Below are positions 31,528-44,674 of a DNA stretch of 64,000 nt, in pieces; the stretch's first letter is position 1; each line of letters begins with the position of its first letter. Source of the stretch: Azolla caroliniana (taxonomy: Eukaryota; Plantae; Polypodiophyta); assembly GCA_043228905.1 (NCBI GenBank), contig JBHGNT010000016.1, positions 5,828,001 to 5,892,000 of the forward strand. The letters are read 5' to 3'. Position numbers and translations under genes: made by a program. The notes under the pieces were generated by a model that searched no databases, was not told where the DNA came from, and saw only the letters and a list, made by a program, of their open reading frames with translations.

Positions 31528-34500
31528 GCAAAAGGTTAGAGAAGACAGAGACAAGGAGTGTGTGGGTGTGGGAGTGAATTATTACGCGAGAGATGATGTG
31601 CATGTGTCAAACGTTCATTGAAGAGAATGTGAACGGATGCATGTGGGTTGAGTGTTGGACACTTTGGCGCTTGAGGCGGCACACTTTCCTTATATCCCCA
31701 ATTGTGAGTTGCTAAAGCCATTTGAGTTATAATCTATCAACTTTGGGCATTGTTGATTGTGAAATTGTATCACCTTTTTTGCGCACAGGGTCACAATTTT
31801 ACCCTCCCCATCATGTAAGGTGGTGCTTGGCATGTATTTTAGGTGTTGGTATCCATGTCAAATCTGGAGTATGAGAAACAAGTTTGTGTTTGATTGTCTC
31901 CACAAAGTAGTACCAAAGTACCATGGATAAAGAGAAATTTGATTTCACAATTTTTACAATCGAGCCTGTGGGGGGCAACACTTTGTCTTTAAAAGGGGTT
32001 ACCTTTGTGTCAGGTAGTCTTACAACACCTTTGAGGAGTTTTACCTTGCTATAAGATCATTACTTTTGAAGTAGGGACATTAAGGGTTCTCTATATTGTC
32101 ATGTTGTTTTAATATATACAATATTTTTAATGGGAGAGAGAAAGAGAGAATTATGCAAGCACGCCACTAAACATAGAAAGAGCTTTATGATATGACTAGT
32201 TATGTATGTTGTGTGTTTATTGCGAAACAGACACATCAGAGGAGGCCCTACATATATTGTATAGAGAAAGCCGTTCACGGAGGCAACATTTGGAACCAAA
32301 AGTTGATACACCAAATCAATACAATCCATTTCGGGGAGATGCACTTACTAGCACATGCGAACATTGATGAGAAACTATTATTGTTATGGTTTTCATCATG
32401 TAAATATTAATGAAGGTATGGCATGGCAAAATATTATATTTGAGAGTTCTGTGACGCATCTAGCATTCAAATGGGCATAGTGTTATGAATGCCTTCTTCT
32501 ATACTATTGCAAATTATTGGGAGAAACCATTTTCATTCTACATGTAGGGTAGTTAGTACTACAATGCATCAAACTCATTGGCTTTACTTGTCGGACTACT
32601 CAAAACCTATATAATCCTTCTTGGTTCAATAAATATTTGGATCATGTTTTCCTTCTTTTGCATGCAGAATGTAGATTTCCAAGTAAGATCAATAAGACAT
32701 ATTGAATGTATGAATGAGTCTCGTCGATTCGATGTTGCTCCATTTTTCGATGGGTTCAATATTGTGCTTTGCTTACGTTGCATGGATTTGGTTTTTAACT
32801 TCTTGACATGTATTTCACTAGTCTTCTCATAGCGAAGACATCTAGGAGAAAAATGGGGTGATCTATCGTGCAATGACTATTTTCAAGGACTTTGGAACTT
32901 TATTGGTGTGTTTTCTATGTGATGTATGGGTTCGAAACATTCGTCAGATTTTACAATATTAAAAAACTGATGTTTAAGCTATGTTTGCCAAAAGCAAGTA
33001 AATATTTAGAAGTTTTTAAGTATAACCCAACTTTTTTAACATTTTAGAAATTAATTACTTAAAAATTTGTGTGACCATTTATATATCGTGATTTTGTAAA
33101 TCTATGAGGTTTCCTATTTATTGGCCTTGAAGAGAATCTACTTTAGTCTTGATGAGCTCATCTTCAAGTTTGTCATTCTCCCCACGTAACTTATTTATAT
33201 CTATGAGAATGAAATCATCGAATGAGCTTGATCTAATTTGGTTTTAGGGTTTGGTAAGCATGGTGAGAAGTTAGAACATGCATTATGAGTAAGGGAAAGT
33301 TTTGAGATCATGAATTCATCTTTATAAGCAATTATGATAAAAAGGAGACCATCTCAAGTAACTATTTTATGGCCTATTAGATCATTGTACCAACCATACT
33401 GTAATGATCAGAAAGATGTTAAGTCAACGGGACTCTTTATGCAACGCAATAAAGGAGGAGCGAGAAACGCAAAAAGGGTATAACAAACACACAAACAAGG
33501 TGAGAGGATCTAGGACGTAAAGGTGGTTAAGAGTGCCTTTACATATTAGACAAAAAACCATAGAAATAGGAAGGCCTATAGGTACTTGCCTATGTATATA
33601 TAGAGTTGGTAAGTGATGCTCTACCCTTGAGAATTTTACCAATGAATATTGCAATTTGTAGGGCACTTTGCAATATTTGAGATATATATATGCGTGTATG
33701 GGTAAGTTGGGGTTTGAAAATGTGGGAAAGACAACTCAAACGTGATTGAAGACGGAGTATTGCAATAGAGTACAACATTGTCTGCAATGGGGGGTAGAGA
33801 GTTCACCTTTATGATATCATTCCTTATGCTTTTGTACTTGAATCAATTACTATATGGTAGGTTGGGTCTCTCTTGGTCATGGAGTAACATGTTATGTCAA
33901 CTTTTTTGACAAAAAATCTTAGTTGCCTTATTAGTTGTGAGATATGTCTACCACAAGTGTAATCAGACAAATTTGTCATGGGTGATTATATAAGCATATT
34001 AAAGGTTTTATGTGTTGAAAGACATCTTAAATCTCTCTCTCTCTCACACACACACACCATTCAAATTTTGTATAGATTCCCTAACACACATATTTACATG
34101 TTTAATACCATATTAGATTGGGTTTTACCTTTAACACATAAAATAATTTATTTTCATCTCTAGACAAGGCAACAGATTTCATGGAATTCAATGTTGGGTA
34201 CTAGCACCTCTCGCGTATGATAACAATTACTTTGCCTTTTGGACATAGCTAGATATTGGGCATCATCCCCTCATATATGATCACTTACTTTGGCTTTATG
34301 ATGTAATGTTTGACCCATACTAAGCTAGACACTTGAAAAGGTCATGTCAATACTAATACCCTTTGAGCTACTACATGTTTATTTGGGCTAGACACTTACT
34401 TGAAAAGGTTTTGTCAATACTAATACCCTTTGAACTACTATATGTTTTTTGGGCTAGACACTAGTAAAGGGTGTGTCTATGAACATACCTTTGAGCTAGT

Positions 34501-37500
34501 ATTTCGTTCTTATGTTTGCCCTATTATAAATTTATTATTTCAACCTTATGGCCCAAAAGAGAGTTTCTGTCCAAATTGTTTCATGGCTCAATAATAGCTT
34601 CTCGTGGAATATCATTAATGTGATATGTTGTCATCATTTCCTCCACCTTTCTCTCTCTCTCCCTCTCTTTATCAACCCAAGATCTTGGGTTCAAATCTTC
34701 ACCTCTGCATAGTTGTTGTAATCCATATGGTTGGCAACGTATTGATGTCATGACCCTACTATCTCCAAATAGTGGACATGACCGTCTCCTCTCAAACGTA
34801 GTTGGTTCCCCCTTTCCCTCTCTCGGGTAAGGCATCAAAGATTAGATAGAGCGACAAATACGCTATGTAAAAACACCACGAACTTGGGCCTACTTTATTA
34901 AATTGTCGTACAAGTTTTTCCATAACTTGCATAATGTCATCATGTTGAAGCAAGAAATAGTTCAATCTAAGAAGTTTCCTTCCTAAGGTTATATATATAG
35001 AGAATATCCATCGAGGTTTATGCATTCTAAATGAAGTCTGGTGTGAAGCAAAATATGTACAATCATTGCATCCAAACTCTCTCGTGACAATGTGCCCTAA
35101 CAATCACTTTGATGGGATGTATTTGATCCAAAATAGTATGTGAAACTTAACCTAGAACAAAGAAACGTGTGTCCCTAAACAATGAAGAAACAAAATGTTT
35201 TCTTTCCTTCAATTATGAAGAACTAGTATATGAATCATATTTGCCCCTCAAGAGATAAATAAGGTCTCGTGTACAATAATTAAATTGTCTAATGTGGTTT
35301 ATCGTATCCCTCAAGACACGAGAACAAAGACTCCTCCATATATGCATAAATATGTGTTAGCCAATATGCGAAAAACTAATGGTCCATGCGATAATCCACA
35401 TAGGGCCAAGTATGGACAATAGAATGGAGAATGAGGAAACGCACCTTGCAATGGATGGAGAGAAGAAGATGACAAAAGATGCAAATTAAAGGAAAATACG
35501 TTAAGGGAGCTAAGACAAGGGAAGTTAATTGGAGGGATAAAGAACAAAGATTATATCATGCCAAGTGTTAGATCAAGAGCTTAAGAGATTGTTGACCATA
35601 TAGGAACCCTAGTACAAGTAAGGCTCTAAAGGGATTAAACATCAAACACAAGGCAACTCATAAACAAACCACAATGTTTGTTGGTTGAATGAGAATCGTA
35701 GATCACGAATATGGAAAAGAACGAGTAAAAAGGTGAGGTAGACGATACGTCATATGTGTATATGTATTAAATTTCCAACAAAGTAGATTTCTACAATGCA
35801 AAATCCAAGTTATCGTACATAATAAATGTGACTCCAAGCTAGATACACATGCAGGGATTCACAAATCAAAGTGCATGTATACCGTACATAGAAATAAAAA
35901 CTTTGTCAGAAATCCATAGATGTTAAGTTTGGTTTTATAACTATAGGATGTAGCTTAATGTTCATGACTTGATGTTCAAATAGACCTCAATACATGGACT
36001 TGATCAATTGTTTATTGTATATTTTGTCCTTAAAATCCTAAAGCCTTACACCTAGAATCTTGATTTCGATATGATTTTATGATTTTCCATATTTGCTAAT
36101 CTTTTGCACATAAAAGTTGAACATATGTTGGTTTGATTTCAAAGTTCTGATGCCACTCAAATTCATATAATATTAGATGGAAAATGTTCATTCCCAATTC
36201 AAATATTGTGCGAGTTATTTTGTGTACCACGACAAAATGAAGAATTTATGAACGATAATCTTGGCCATATTTTTTAATAAGAAAAATACTATTTGGCGAC
36301 TTCGTTTGAAGCCCGTTGTAGTTATTGGAATTATTTGTGTTGACAGCTAGCATGCTGAGTCAAATTTATTTGTGGGAAGTATGGAAGCATTAAATCTTAT
36401 TGGCATATTGTAAGTTGATTTATCACGTAAAGTGAAGTCTTGTGGATCCTTTTATAGCTCTAGCCTACACTCTAAGGTGGACAACTAGTAGGTAGTCGAT
36501 ATGTGAAATGTATCCATTGAGGATGCTAGAAAATAAAACTCCTTTGAGTATAGAGGGAATTCGATCATGTAAGTGCCTATGGTTGGGAGGTTTAACAAAT
36601 TGTCCTTATATGTAGTCATGTGGGCAATACGAGTAGCACATGTCCATGAAGATATACATGGACCAAAGGGATTGAACTTATTGTGCAAAGCACACTCAAA
36701 TGTTCATTCCCCTAATCTTCCAAATTCTATTGTATTTAGTTTATACTCTTGTTTCTAAAATTAATTTGCTTATTATTCATAAGTTAATGATTTGATTTAA
36801 GTATATAATAGTGTGGTGATATTCTCCTCTACCTTTCCCCACCATAGCGGATTTGGTTCTTTGATTCCAATAAATTTGCCAATCTTTAAGTACGGTACTC
36901 TATCTACATACATATTTGTGTGATTGACAACATGCCTAAGTGACAATTTTTGAAGGGGAATATGGCCCTTGCCATAAATTGAAAGTTTTCCATTATAAAA
37001 TATCCATGGGCGGTTGTGAGCTAATGATTGAACTAGAAAGTGCAACAACCATACAAAATCATGATTCATCATACCTATAGTTGACCTAAAATACATAACC
37101 TAGACATGTATAAATTTATTGTATTTCACATTTAAGTATGTGTAGATTCTATAGTAATTACTAATGACATTATCTAGTAAACAACTAACAAAGGAATGTG
37201 CATTGTATATGTTGGTAAATATAAATACTCTTATACTTTGATAAATACAAATACCCTTATCTTTTGGTAAATACAAATAAAAAGCCATCAAGGACAGGGT
37301 TCCATCAAAATATATTTTTGATGCTTAGTGAATCCTTTAATAACTTGCTTAGGCATGTATATTTAGTATTCTAACACTAGCATATGACTAATCATTGCGC
37401 TCTTTCTCGCCTTTCCGTACTAATTCTTAGGAAGACATGTGAGCTTTGTTTAATCTTGTATTATTATGAATGATACACATGTTCCTTGTAGAAAATGGGA

Positions 37501-37518
37501 TTCTCTTAAGTCATGTAC

Positions 37519-37668
37519 TCTCAAAAATACTTAGTGACGTACTTAGGTTAGATCTCCACATGAACTCAAAAATACTTAGTGATGTACTTAGATAAGATCT
37601 CCACGTGAACTAAAAAATACTCAATGACGTACTTAGTTTAGGTAAAAAATACGTAGTGGCGTACTTAA
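37519..37668. repeat. Short tandem repeat (AAAAATACTTAGTGACGTACTTAG), ~4 copies
   Basis: Four degenerate copies at 34-45 bp spacing. Confidence 0.7.
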
Positions 37669-39568
37669 TAAATTCATGCATAGTGTCACAATCATACAAA
37701 ATGTCACATGTCATTCGGGGTTTTGAGCTCGTGGGCCATGACCACTTTAGTACATGACCATCTTTGTCAACAATTCTATCATTGTACTCATGTTAATCAT
37801 TACAACATTTTGCACAATAATTATTGTAGCATTTTGTGTCATGGCCAAGTGGCGAACATGCAGTATGGTATTCAAGTGGAGCAACATGCCTTGGTGGCTA
37901 GTATGCTCAACCTAGGAGCTAATATTACTAGGGAAGGTCCAATATTGTTAAACCATTATGGTTCACTTTGGCTAAGATGTTTGAATTTTCTGTGCTACTC
38001 TTATCTTCTAGTAGATAAAATTCTTTTTTTGGTTCTTTTTTCATTCATATTATTTTAATTAACTTCAACCTTAATAATTTAAACAAGAACAACTTTCTTC
38101 TATGAAATCCTAACGAGCTTTCTAATAACTATGGCTTTTATGCGTTCACAAGAATAGATGCATGCTTTCTTGGACCAAGTTTGTGGTTGTTATGCACGTG
38201 TAATGTAGGTGAGGGTAGGTCACTAATATTTACAAAGCATAAGTGAAGGGTATATTAACTAATGTTGGAAAAGGACTAATGTGTATGGATATAAGGAATG
38301 ATAGGTAGATACACTATCATGATTTTGACAGCCAATAAATGGAGAATCTTTTAGAAAACATATATTCAAGGGGCCTAGGAAGAAGTATGTGTAGGTTGTT
38401 GTGTTTTGAATGTACGCGGAAGTATGTGAGGACCTGTCGGTTATGCACAACAGACAACACAGATAGTATGATAGAGGAAACGGTAGATAGACAAGCTCGA
38501 AGCTTTAATGGAAGCTCTCGTTATTTCTGTTCTCTCCCCCGTAAAAGGACTACTCTTTCTAATTACAATTGTGCGGGGTTATCTCCCCCGTAAACCTAGA
38601 TTACAATTTTAATCTAAAGTTATGGTTACAAGTCATTCGGCATATAACCGAGTCGGTAGAGATAAAGTCGGTATCTAGCCTGATTTGGCTAGTCATCCGA
38701 ATCGGCTAGTTCGAATCGGTCGGATCTTCGACTTACCTTCTGCTCCTTGTTCGACTTTCTTCTACGTGGTCGCTTGTTGTAGTCCCATCTTTGTACTCTG
38801 TGCTCCGAAGCGTTGATCTGGGAGTGGCTTCGTCAGGCAATCAATGATGTTCACCTCGGTGTCGATCTTCCGAACTTCGAGCTTCTTCTTGGTTACTAGC
38901 TCCCAAATATGATGATACCGCACCTCGATATGCTTTATCTTTGCATGATAGACAAGATTATTGATGAGGTGTATTGCGCTCTGTGAGTCGTAGTAGATGG
39001 TCAATGTTGGTCGATCGGTTCGGCTCGTAGCCGAGAAGGCGACAGTCGGTCGGTGCAGCCAGATTGCTTCCTTCACTACCTCCGATGCTGCTATGTACTC
39101 GACTTCTATGGTAGACAGAGCTGTGTACTCTTGAAGCTTCAACCTCCATGATATAGCACAACCACCACAGGTGAAGATATAGCTTGATGTCGACTTTCGA
39201 TTGCCCGAATTCCAGGTGTAGTCGGAGTTGGTGTAGCCTTTGACTTCGGTCGGATTTGCCAATTGGAAAGTCAACTGTGTATCTTTGGTCCCTCTTAGGT
39301 ACCTGAAGATGTGCTTGATGGCCTCCCACGGCTTTCGTCCTGGGTTTGACATGTAGCGGCTGACGACTCCTACGGCATAAGCAAGGTTGGGTCGGGTCAC
39401 CACTATCGCGTACATGATACTTCCTACAACCGATGCGTAGGGTATCTTTCCATTAAGCTCTTTCCCTTATCTGTCGAAGGAGAGTCTTTGTCTGATAGTC
39501 GGATCAACGTTGGAAGTGGTGTTGGTGATGGCTTGGAATTTTCCATGTTGAAGTGTCTCAACACCTTT

Positions 39569-40066
39569 TGTCACAGACACACCAACCATGGACTACGACG
39601 AAGGATGGATGACAAGGCAATGATCAACCAACTACGAACTTGGAGGTAGAAGTGAAGATGCTAGGAACTCTAGAAGTTGTGAGTAACTAGAGAGTATGAA
39701 GACAAATATGAAGATCAAGGAAACTCGGGAAGCTGGGAGCAACGAAATGAGTAGTATGAAGAATACTAGATTGACGTGTTAGTGACTGGTGTTGAATCTG
39801 TTGAAAGGGACCAAGGAGGTTACAAGTATGTATATTGTGAGTCGAAGTACATGCATTAGAATATTCGGGAGAATATTCTAGAACCCGTTAGAACCTTCAA
39901 GTTCTAGAACTTTCTAAAAGCTCCTAGAACTTGAAATATATAATCTACTAATAATCTACTAAGATATACATAACATGACCATATATTTGGATGTGTTGGT
40001 TAGAACACAACACTTGACTATATACAAGAGGTGAAGAGTTCAAATCTTGTTGTCATGTCTGTGACA
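39569..40066. mobile_element. Solo LTR (498 bp) inserted in the RT of copia A
   Basis: Termini TGTCACAGACA...TGTCTGTGACA (11-bp perfect IR), TSD CCTTT on both sides. Removal rejoins host RT ...SDYIRKVLRHFNMENSK. Confidence 0.9.
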
Positions 40067-43035
40067 CCTTTCGGATGTAGTCGGATTGGGAGAGTCGAAG
40101 AGTTGTTGTCTTCTGATTTCGCTATATCCTCATGCCCAATATATGTCGGGCTTGTCCAAGTTCCTTCATCGCAAACTTGTCGTGAAGGCTCCGCTTTAGC
40201 TTTCCGATTTTGGTTTGATTTCTCCTTGCAATTAGCATGTCGTCGACATAAAGGATCAAATAGATCCTGGATTCATTGGCCAGTTACCGAACATACATAC
40301 ATGGGTCGGAGTCAGATCAACGATATCCAAGCTGCTTGATGTAGGAGTCGAACTTTTGATACCACATCCTCGACGCTTGTTTTAATCCATAAAGGCTTTT
40401 CTTTAAACGACATACGAGGTGTCTTTCCTCCCGTGTCGCTGTGAAGCCTGCCGGTTGAAACTTGAGACATGTAAATGTCTTCTTCAAGATCTCCGTGTAG
40501 GAATGCTGTCTTTACGTCAATCTGCTCGAGCTCTAGGTCTTCTGTCACCACGACCCGAAGTAGGAGCCAAAGGGTGGTCATCTTGACTACTGGAGAAAAT
40601 ATCTCATCATAGGCGACTCCATGTTCCTGTTTGAATCCCTTCACGATGAGCCGAGCTTTGTACTTGGGCATTTATGAGTCGGATACATATTTGTATTTGA
40701 AGACCCATTTGCAGGGTAGCGGCTTTCTCCCGACTGGTAGTTCGACCAACTCTCATGTTTGATTCTCATGAATCGATTCCATCGCGGATGCATGGCTTGT
40801 AGCCATGTGTCAGCATCCGATGCGACTATAGCTTCTTCGTAAGTACTTGGTTTGCCTGCATCCATGTAGTTGATGTGATCGAGGCCCGGTTGATAAAACT
40901 CTGTAGGCCTTTTGACTCGTCCGGATCTACTGGGTTCTGATGTTGTTGGTTGGAACTCTTCAGTCGGCTCGATCAGCCGATCGGTATTAGTTGAATCGTC
41001 TTTAGGAGTCCTATTAGATGAATCACCCATGTAGTAGGATTTCAATGATGTCATGACAACCTCCCCTTCTTAGGGATCAGTTGACCTAGAGGTAGAAGAC
41101 TTTGCCGACTCGGTTCTGTTTTTCCCTTTGGCCTTGTGTGTGTCAGTCGGGTCGACTCTATCGTTTCCGGCTTGCACCTTGTTGACTTTGCCTTTTTTGA
41201 CTCTTGTCAATTCGGCTTTGTCTTCGAGTTCGACTAGTGAGTTGGTAGGTGTATTGATGGCTTGATCGAGTTCGACTATTTGTCGAGTCTTTGATTTGGC
41301 CTAGTGGGTCGGTTTTTCTATGACTTCTCTATCGATTTTGAAAGAGACATTTTTTCCCACTATTTTCTACTGGTTCCGCTTAGAGAGAATGGAGTCTTCA
41401 TTGAAGACTATGTCACTGCTCCGGATCAATTTCCGGTTCTCTGGGTCCCATAGCTTATAGCCGAATTCCCCATCGGTTACAGAACCGAGAAATATTCATT
41501 TTGTTGCATGGGGCGCCAACTTGGTCCTTTTCTCCTTGGGGATGAATGCATAGGCTTCACATCCGAATATACAGAGCCTATCATAGGTAAGATGTTTGCA
41601 TGACCATAGTGCCTGTGGCACTTCAAGCTTGACTGCTTTCAACAGTGACAAATTTATCAGGTATACTACTGTTTGAAATGCTTCGACCTAGAACTCTAGC
41701 TTTAGTCCACCTTCTTGGAGTATTGTCGTCACCCTCTCTTGGATCGTTTTGTTGATATATTCGGCCACTCCATTCTGCATGGGTGTGTATGGAACAATCT
41801 TTTGATGTCTGATCCCTTTGTCAAACATGTACTATTTGAAGGCTCGGGAGGTGTATTCTCCTCCGTTGTCGGATTAGAGAGTCTTCACTTTGTATCCTGA
41901 CCGGTTCTCCACTTCAATTATCCATCGAGATAAGACCTCGAGTGCTTCGTCTTTTGACCTAATCGAATAGGCCCAAACTTTCCGTGTACAATCATCTACA
42001 AATGTGATGAAGTATCAAGATCGTCCTAGTGATCTCTCAGACATAGGCCCACATATATCTCTGTGCACGAGCTCTAGGGGCTGTCGTACCATCTCATAGT
42101 GAAGAGAGTGAGGACTTCAGGTCGTCTTCGCTTGGAGTTTCGGGATGTAGCCGACCGCCATCAGCCGATCAAGTCCGGCCTGAGACATATGGTCGAGTCG
42201 GCCATGTCATAGGTTCGGGTTGGTCTTTTCGACTATGTTCACGACCCCTTCCGGATTGATCGCCATCATTGGGTACAAGTTGGTGTACTTGTCCCCGCTT
42301 CCAATTTCAGGTTTCCACAACTGATCATCCATGTCGACTCCTCAGAGTCGTTCTGTACCCGTCTTCGGCTAACATGCCAATGGAGACCAGACTCCTTTTC
42401 AATGTGGGTACATGCCGTACTTGGTGCAGGACTATCGTGTTGTCATTTGATAGTTGAATTGGTACTTTGCCAATTCCTGTGATTCTGTACTCCTGCCCAT
42501 TGCCTAGTCGGACTGTGCCGTTGGCTTCGGTTGAATAGTTCAAAAACCATTCGATGTTAGGGGTCACGTGGAATGTGGCACCAGAGTCCAATAACCACGT
42601 ATGTGCGTCTTGTGCTTTGTAGAGGACTTCTCCGATCATCGAGTCCTCTAAGGAGAGGATCTCTCCCGATCGGGTGTCAACAACATTGACTGGTTGTCGA
42701 CTAAAGAGTGGTTCGAGTCGGATCGTCCTCGATTCCGCTCGGATCACCGACCACTCTCTTTCTTCTTGATTGACCAACAGTCAGAAAAATTGTGACTGGC
42801 TTTTTTGTAGTGGGTGCAAAATTCACTTGATCGGCCGACCCGTTTTCGACTTCGACTGCTGTCGGTCACTCCTTGGTTTCGATCGATTGGTGTTCCGACC
42901 AGTTCTGTAGGCTTGTTCTTTCAATCAACTCAATCGGTCAACTGACTTGGTCAAGTGGTGGGCTTCTGCCGATTCGTCGATGGTGAGTCCCATCGATTTT
43001 CGCAGAATGTCCTCAATGAGGACTTGGCCGATCGT

Positions 43036-44674
43036 TGTCGTGAAAATCCGTCACTATGTGCGAATTGTGGGGCAGAACTGCGGGGGTTATAAACTAGAAG
43101 GACTTAGAGCTCACACACACAACATGAGGAAGGAACGAATATTCAAACGTGTTCGTGAAAAGGAGAGGTGCACGAACAAGCCCGAATCAACCCCTCGTCA
43201 CAAGGAGAATGAATGCATGAGAGGAAGGTTTACTTACAGACACACAAGGAAAAGGCTTACATACACACAGATGACAAATTTCCGAATGCCTTCCTGAAAG
43301 GAGAGGTGCATGGGCAAGCCCAAACGCTCCCTTATCACAAGACACACGAACACATAAGCAACTTTTACACACGGGAGGCAAAGTTTCGAATGCCTTCGTG
43401 AAAGGAGAGGTGCATGGGCAAGCTCGAATGCTCCCTTGTCACAAGACACACGAACACACAAGCAATGTTTACACACGACATACAAAGTTTTGAATGCCTT
43501 CGTGAAAGGAGAGGTGCATGGGCAAGCCTGAACGCTCCCTTGTCACAAGACACACGAACACACAAGCAAGGTTTACATATGAGAGACAAAGTTTCGAATG
43601 CATTCATGAAAGGAGAGGTGCATGGCCAAGCCTGATTGCTCCCTTGTCACAAGACACACGAACACACAAGCAAGATTTACACTAACACGCAAGACACAAA
43701 ATTTTGAATGCTTTGGTGAAAGGAGAGGTGCATGGGTAAGCCTGAAACGCTCCCTTGTCACAAGACACACAAACACACAAGCAAGATTTACATTAACACG
43801 CAAGACACAAAAGTTTGAATGCCTTGGTGAAAGGAGAGGTGCATGGGCAAGCCCGAATCACTCCCTTGTCACAAGACACACAAGCACACAAGCACACAAG
43901 CACACAAGCACACAAGCACACAAGCACAAGTGACAATAACATATAAGACATGTAGGTGAAAGGAAACATTAGTTTATTGCAAAATAATAGATTATTTTAT
44001 AATTTAAGAATCATGTTACAATGGGTTGGATGTGAATATGAAAGATTGTTTACAAAGGAATGGGGGAAGAGAGGTGGAGAAAAGAAGAGAGTGGAATATA
44101 GACGGAGTTTCTTTGTTGATGATGCCACTTGATGTTGTTGATCCTTCTTCTTTTGCTTCCCAATTGAGTAGAGGTTCCGCGTTCCTCTTCCTTTCCCCTC
44201 TTCTTCTTAAAATGAGCTCTTATTTATAGGTTTAGGATTGCTTGCTTCCTTTTTTTTTATGAGTCGAGTTTCTTTTTATCACTATTTCTATTCCGTAACG
44301 TCAAATCTGACATGCAAGATATTCTTAGAAACCTCTTTCTATTAGCTTTCTCATATATATTTCATTTTCTAATTTGGACATTGGACGAGGAAATTACGAG
44401 CTTTTTACTCGACCTTGCTCCTCATATCCACGCCTAGCTTTTCTTTTCCCATTTTTTCCCTCTACTTTTGTTTACTTTTGAAAACCGTTTCTAACTTTAT
44501 ATTCCTCATCATTTATTGTAAGATTTAATCCTTTGGCCTTTTATTTATAAGGAATTTTCTTTGAAAGTATTTTTCTTATTAATAAAGTTGACTTCATAAT
44601 ACTAGTTTATTTGAACTACTATTTTACTTCTTTTTGAGGGTGGTTTCACACTATGTGTCGAAAATATCATGACA
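43036..44674 (-). mobile_element. Large solo LTR (1639 bp) with internal tandem array, inserted in gag of copia A
   Basis: Termini TGTCGTGA...TCATGACA, flanking TCGT duplicated. Removal restores host frame LDETIGQV. Minus-strand TATA CTATAAATA at ~44221-44229. Confidence 0.8.
43157..43930. repeat. Tandem array of seven ~104-139-bp units plus an (CACAAGCA)n tail
   Basis: Unit anchor GAAAGGAGAGGTGCA at ~43157, 43296, 43400, 43504, 43608, 43718 and 43829; octamer run ~43876-43930. Confidence 0.9.

Noticed and set aside
31600-38380. Many 60-116-aa ORFs in AT-rich DNA
   Set aside because: No domain motifs or coherent exon chain; probably decayed repeats.
43157-43930. CRISPR-like appearance of regularly spaced repeats
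   Set aside because: Whole units are homologous with no unique spacers, there are no cas genes, and the context is a eukaryotic LTR.
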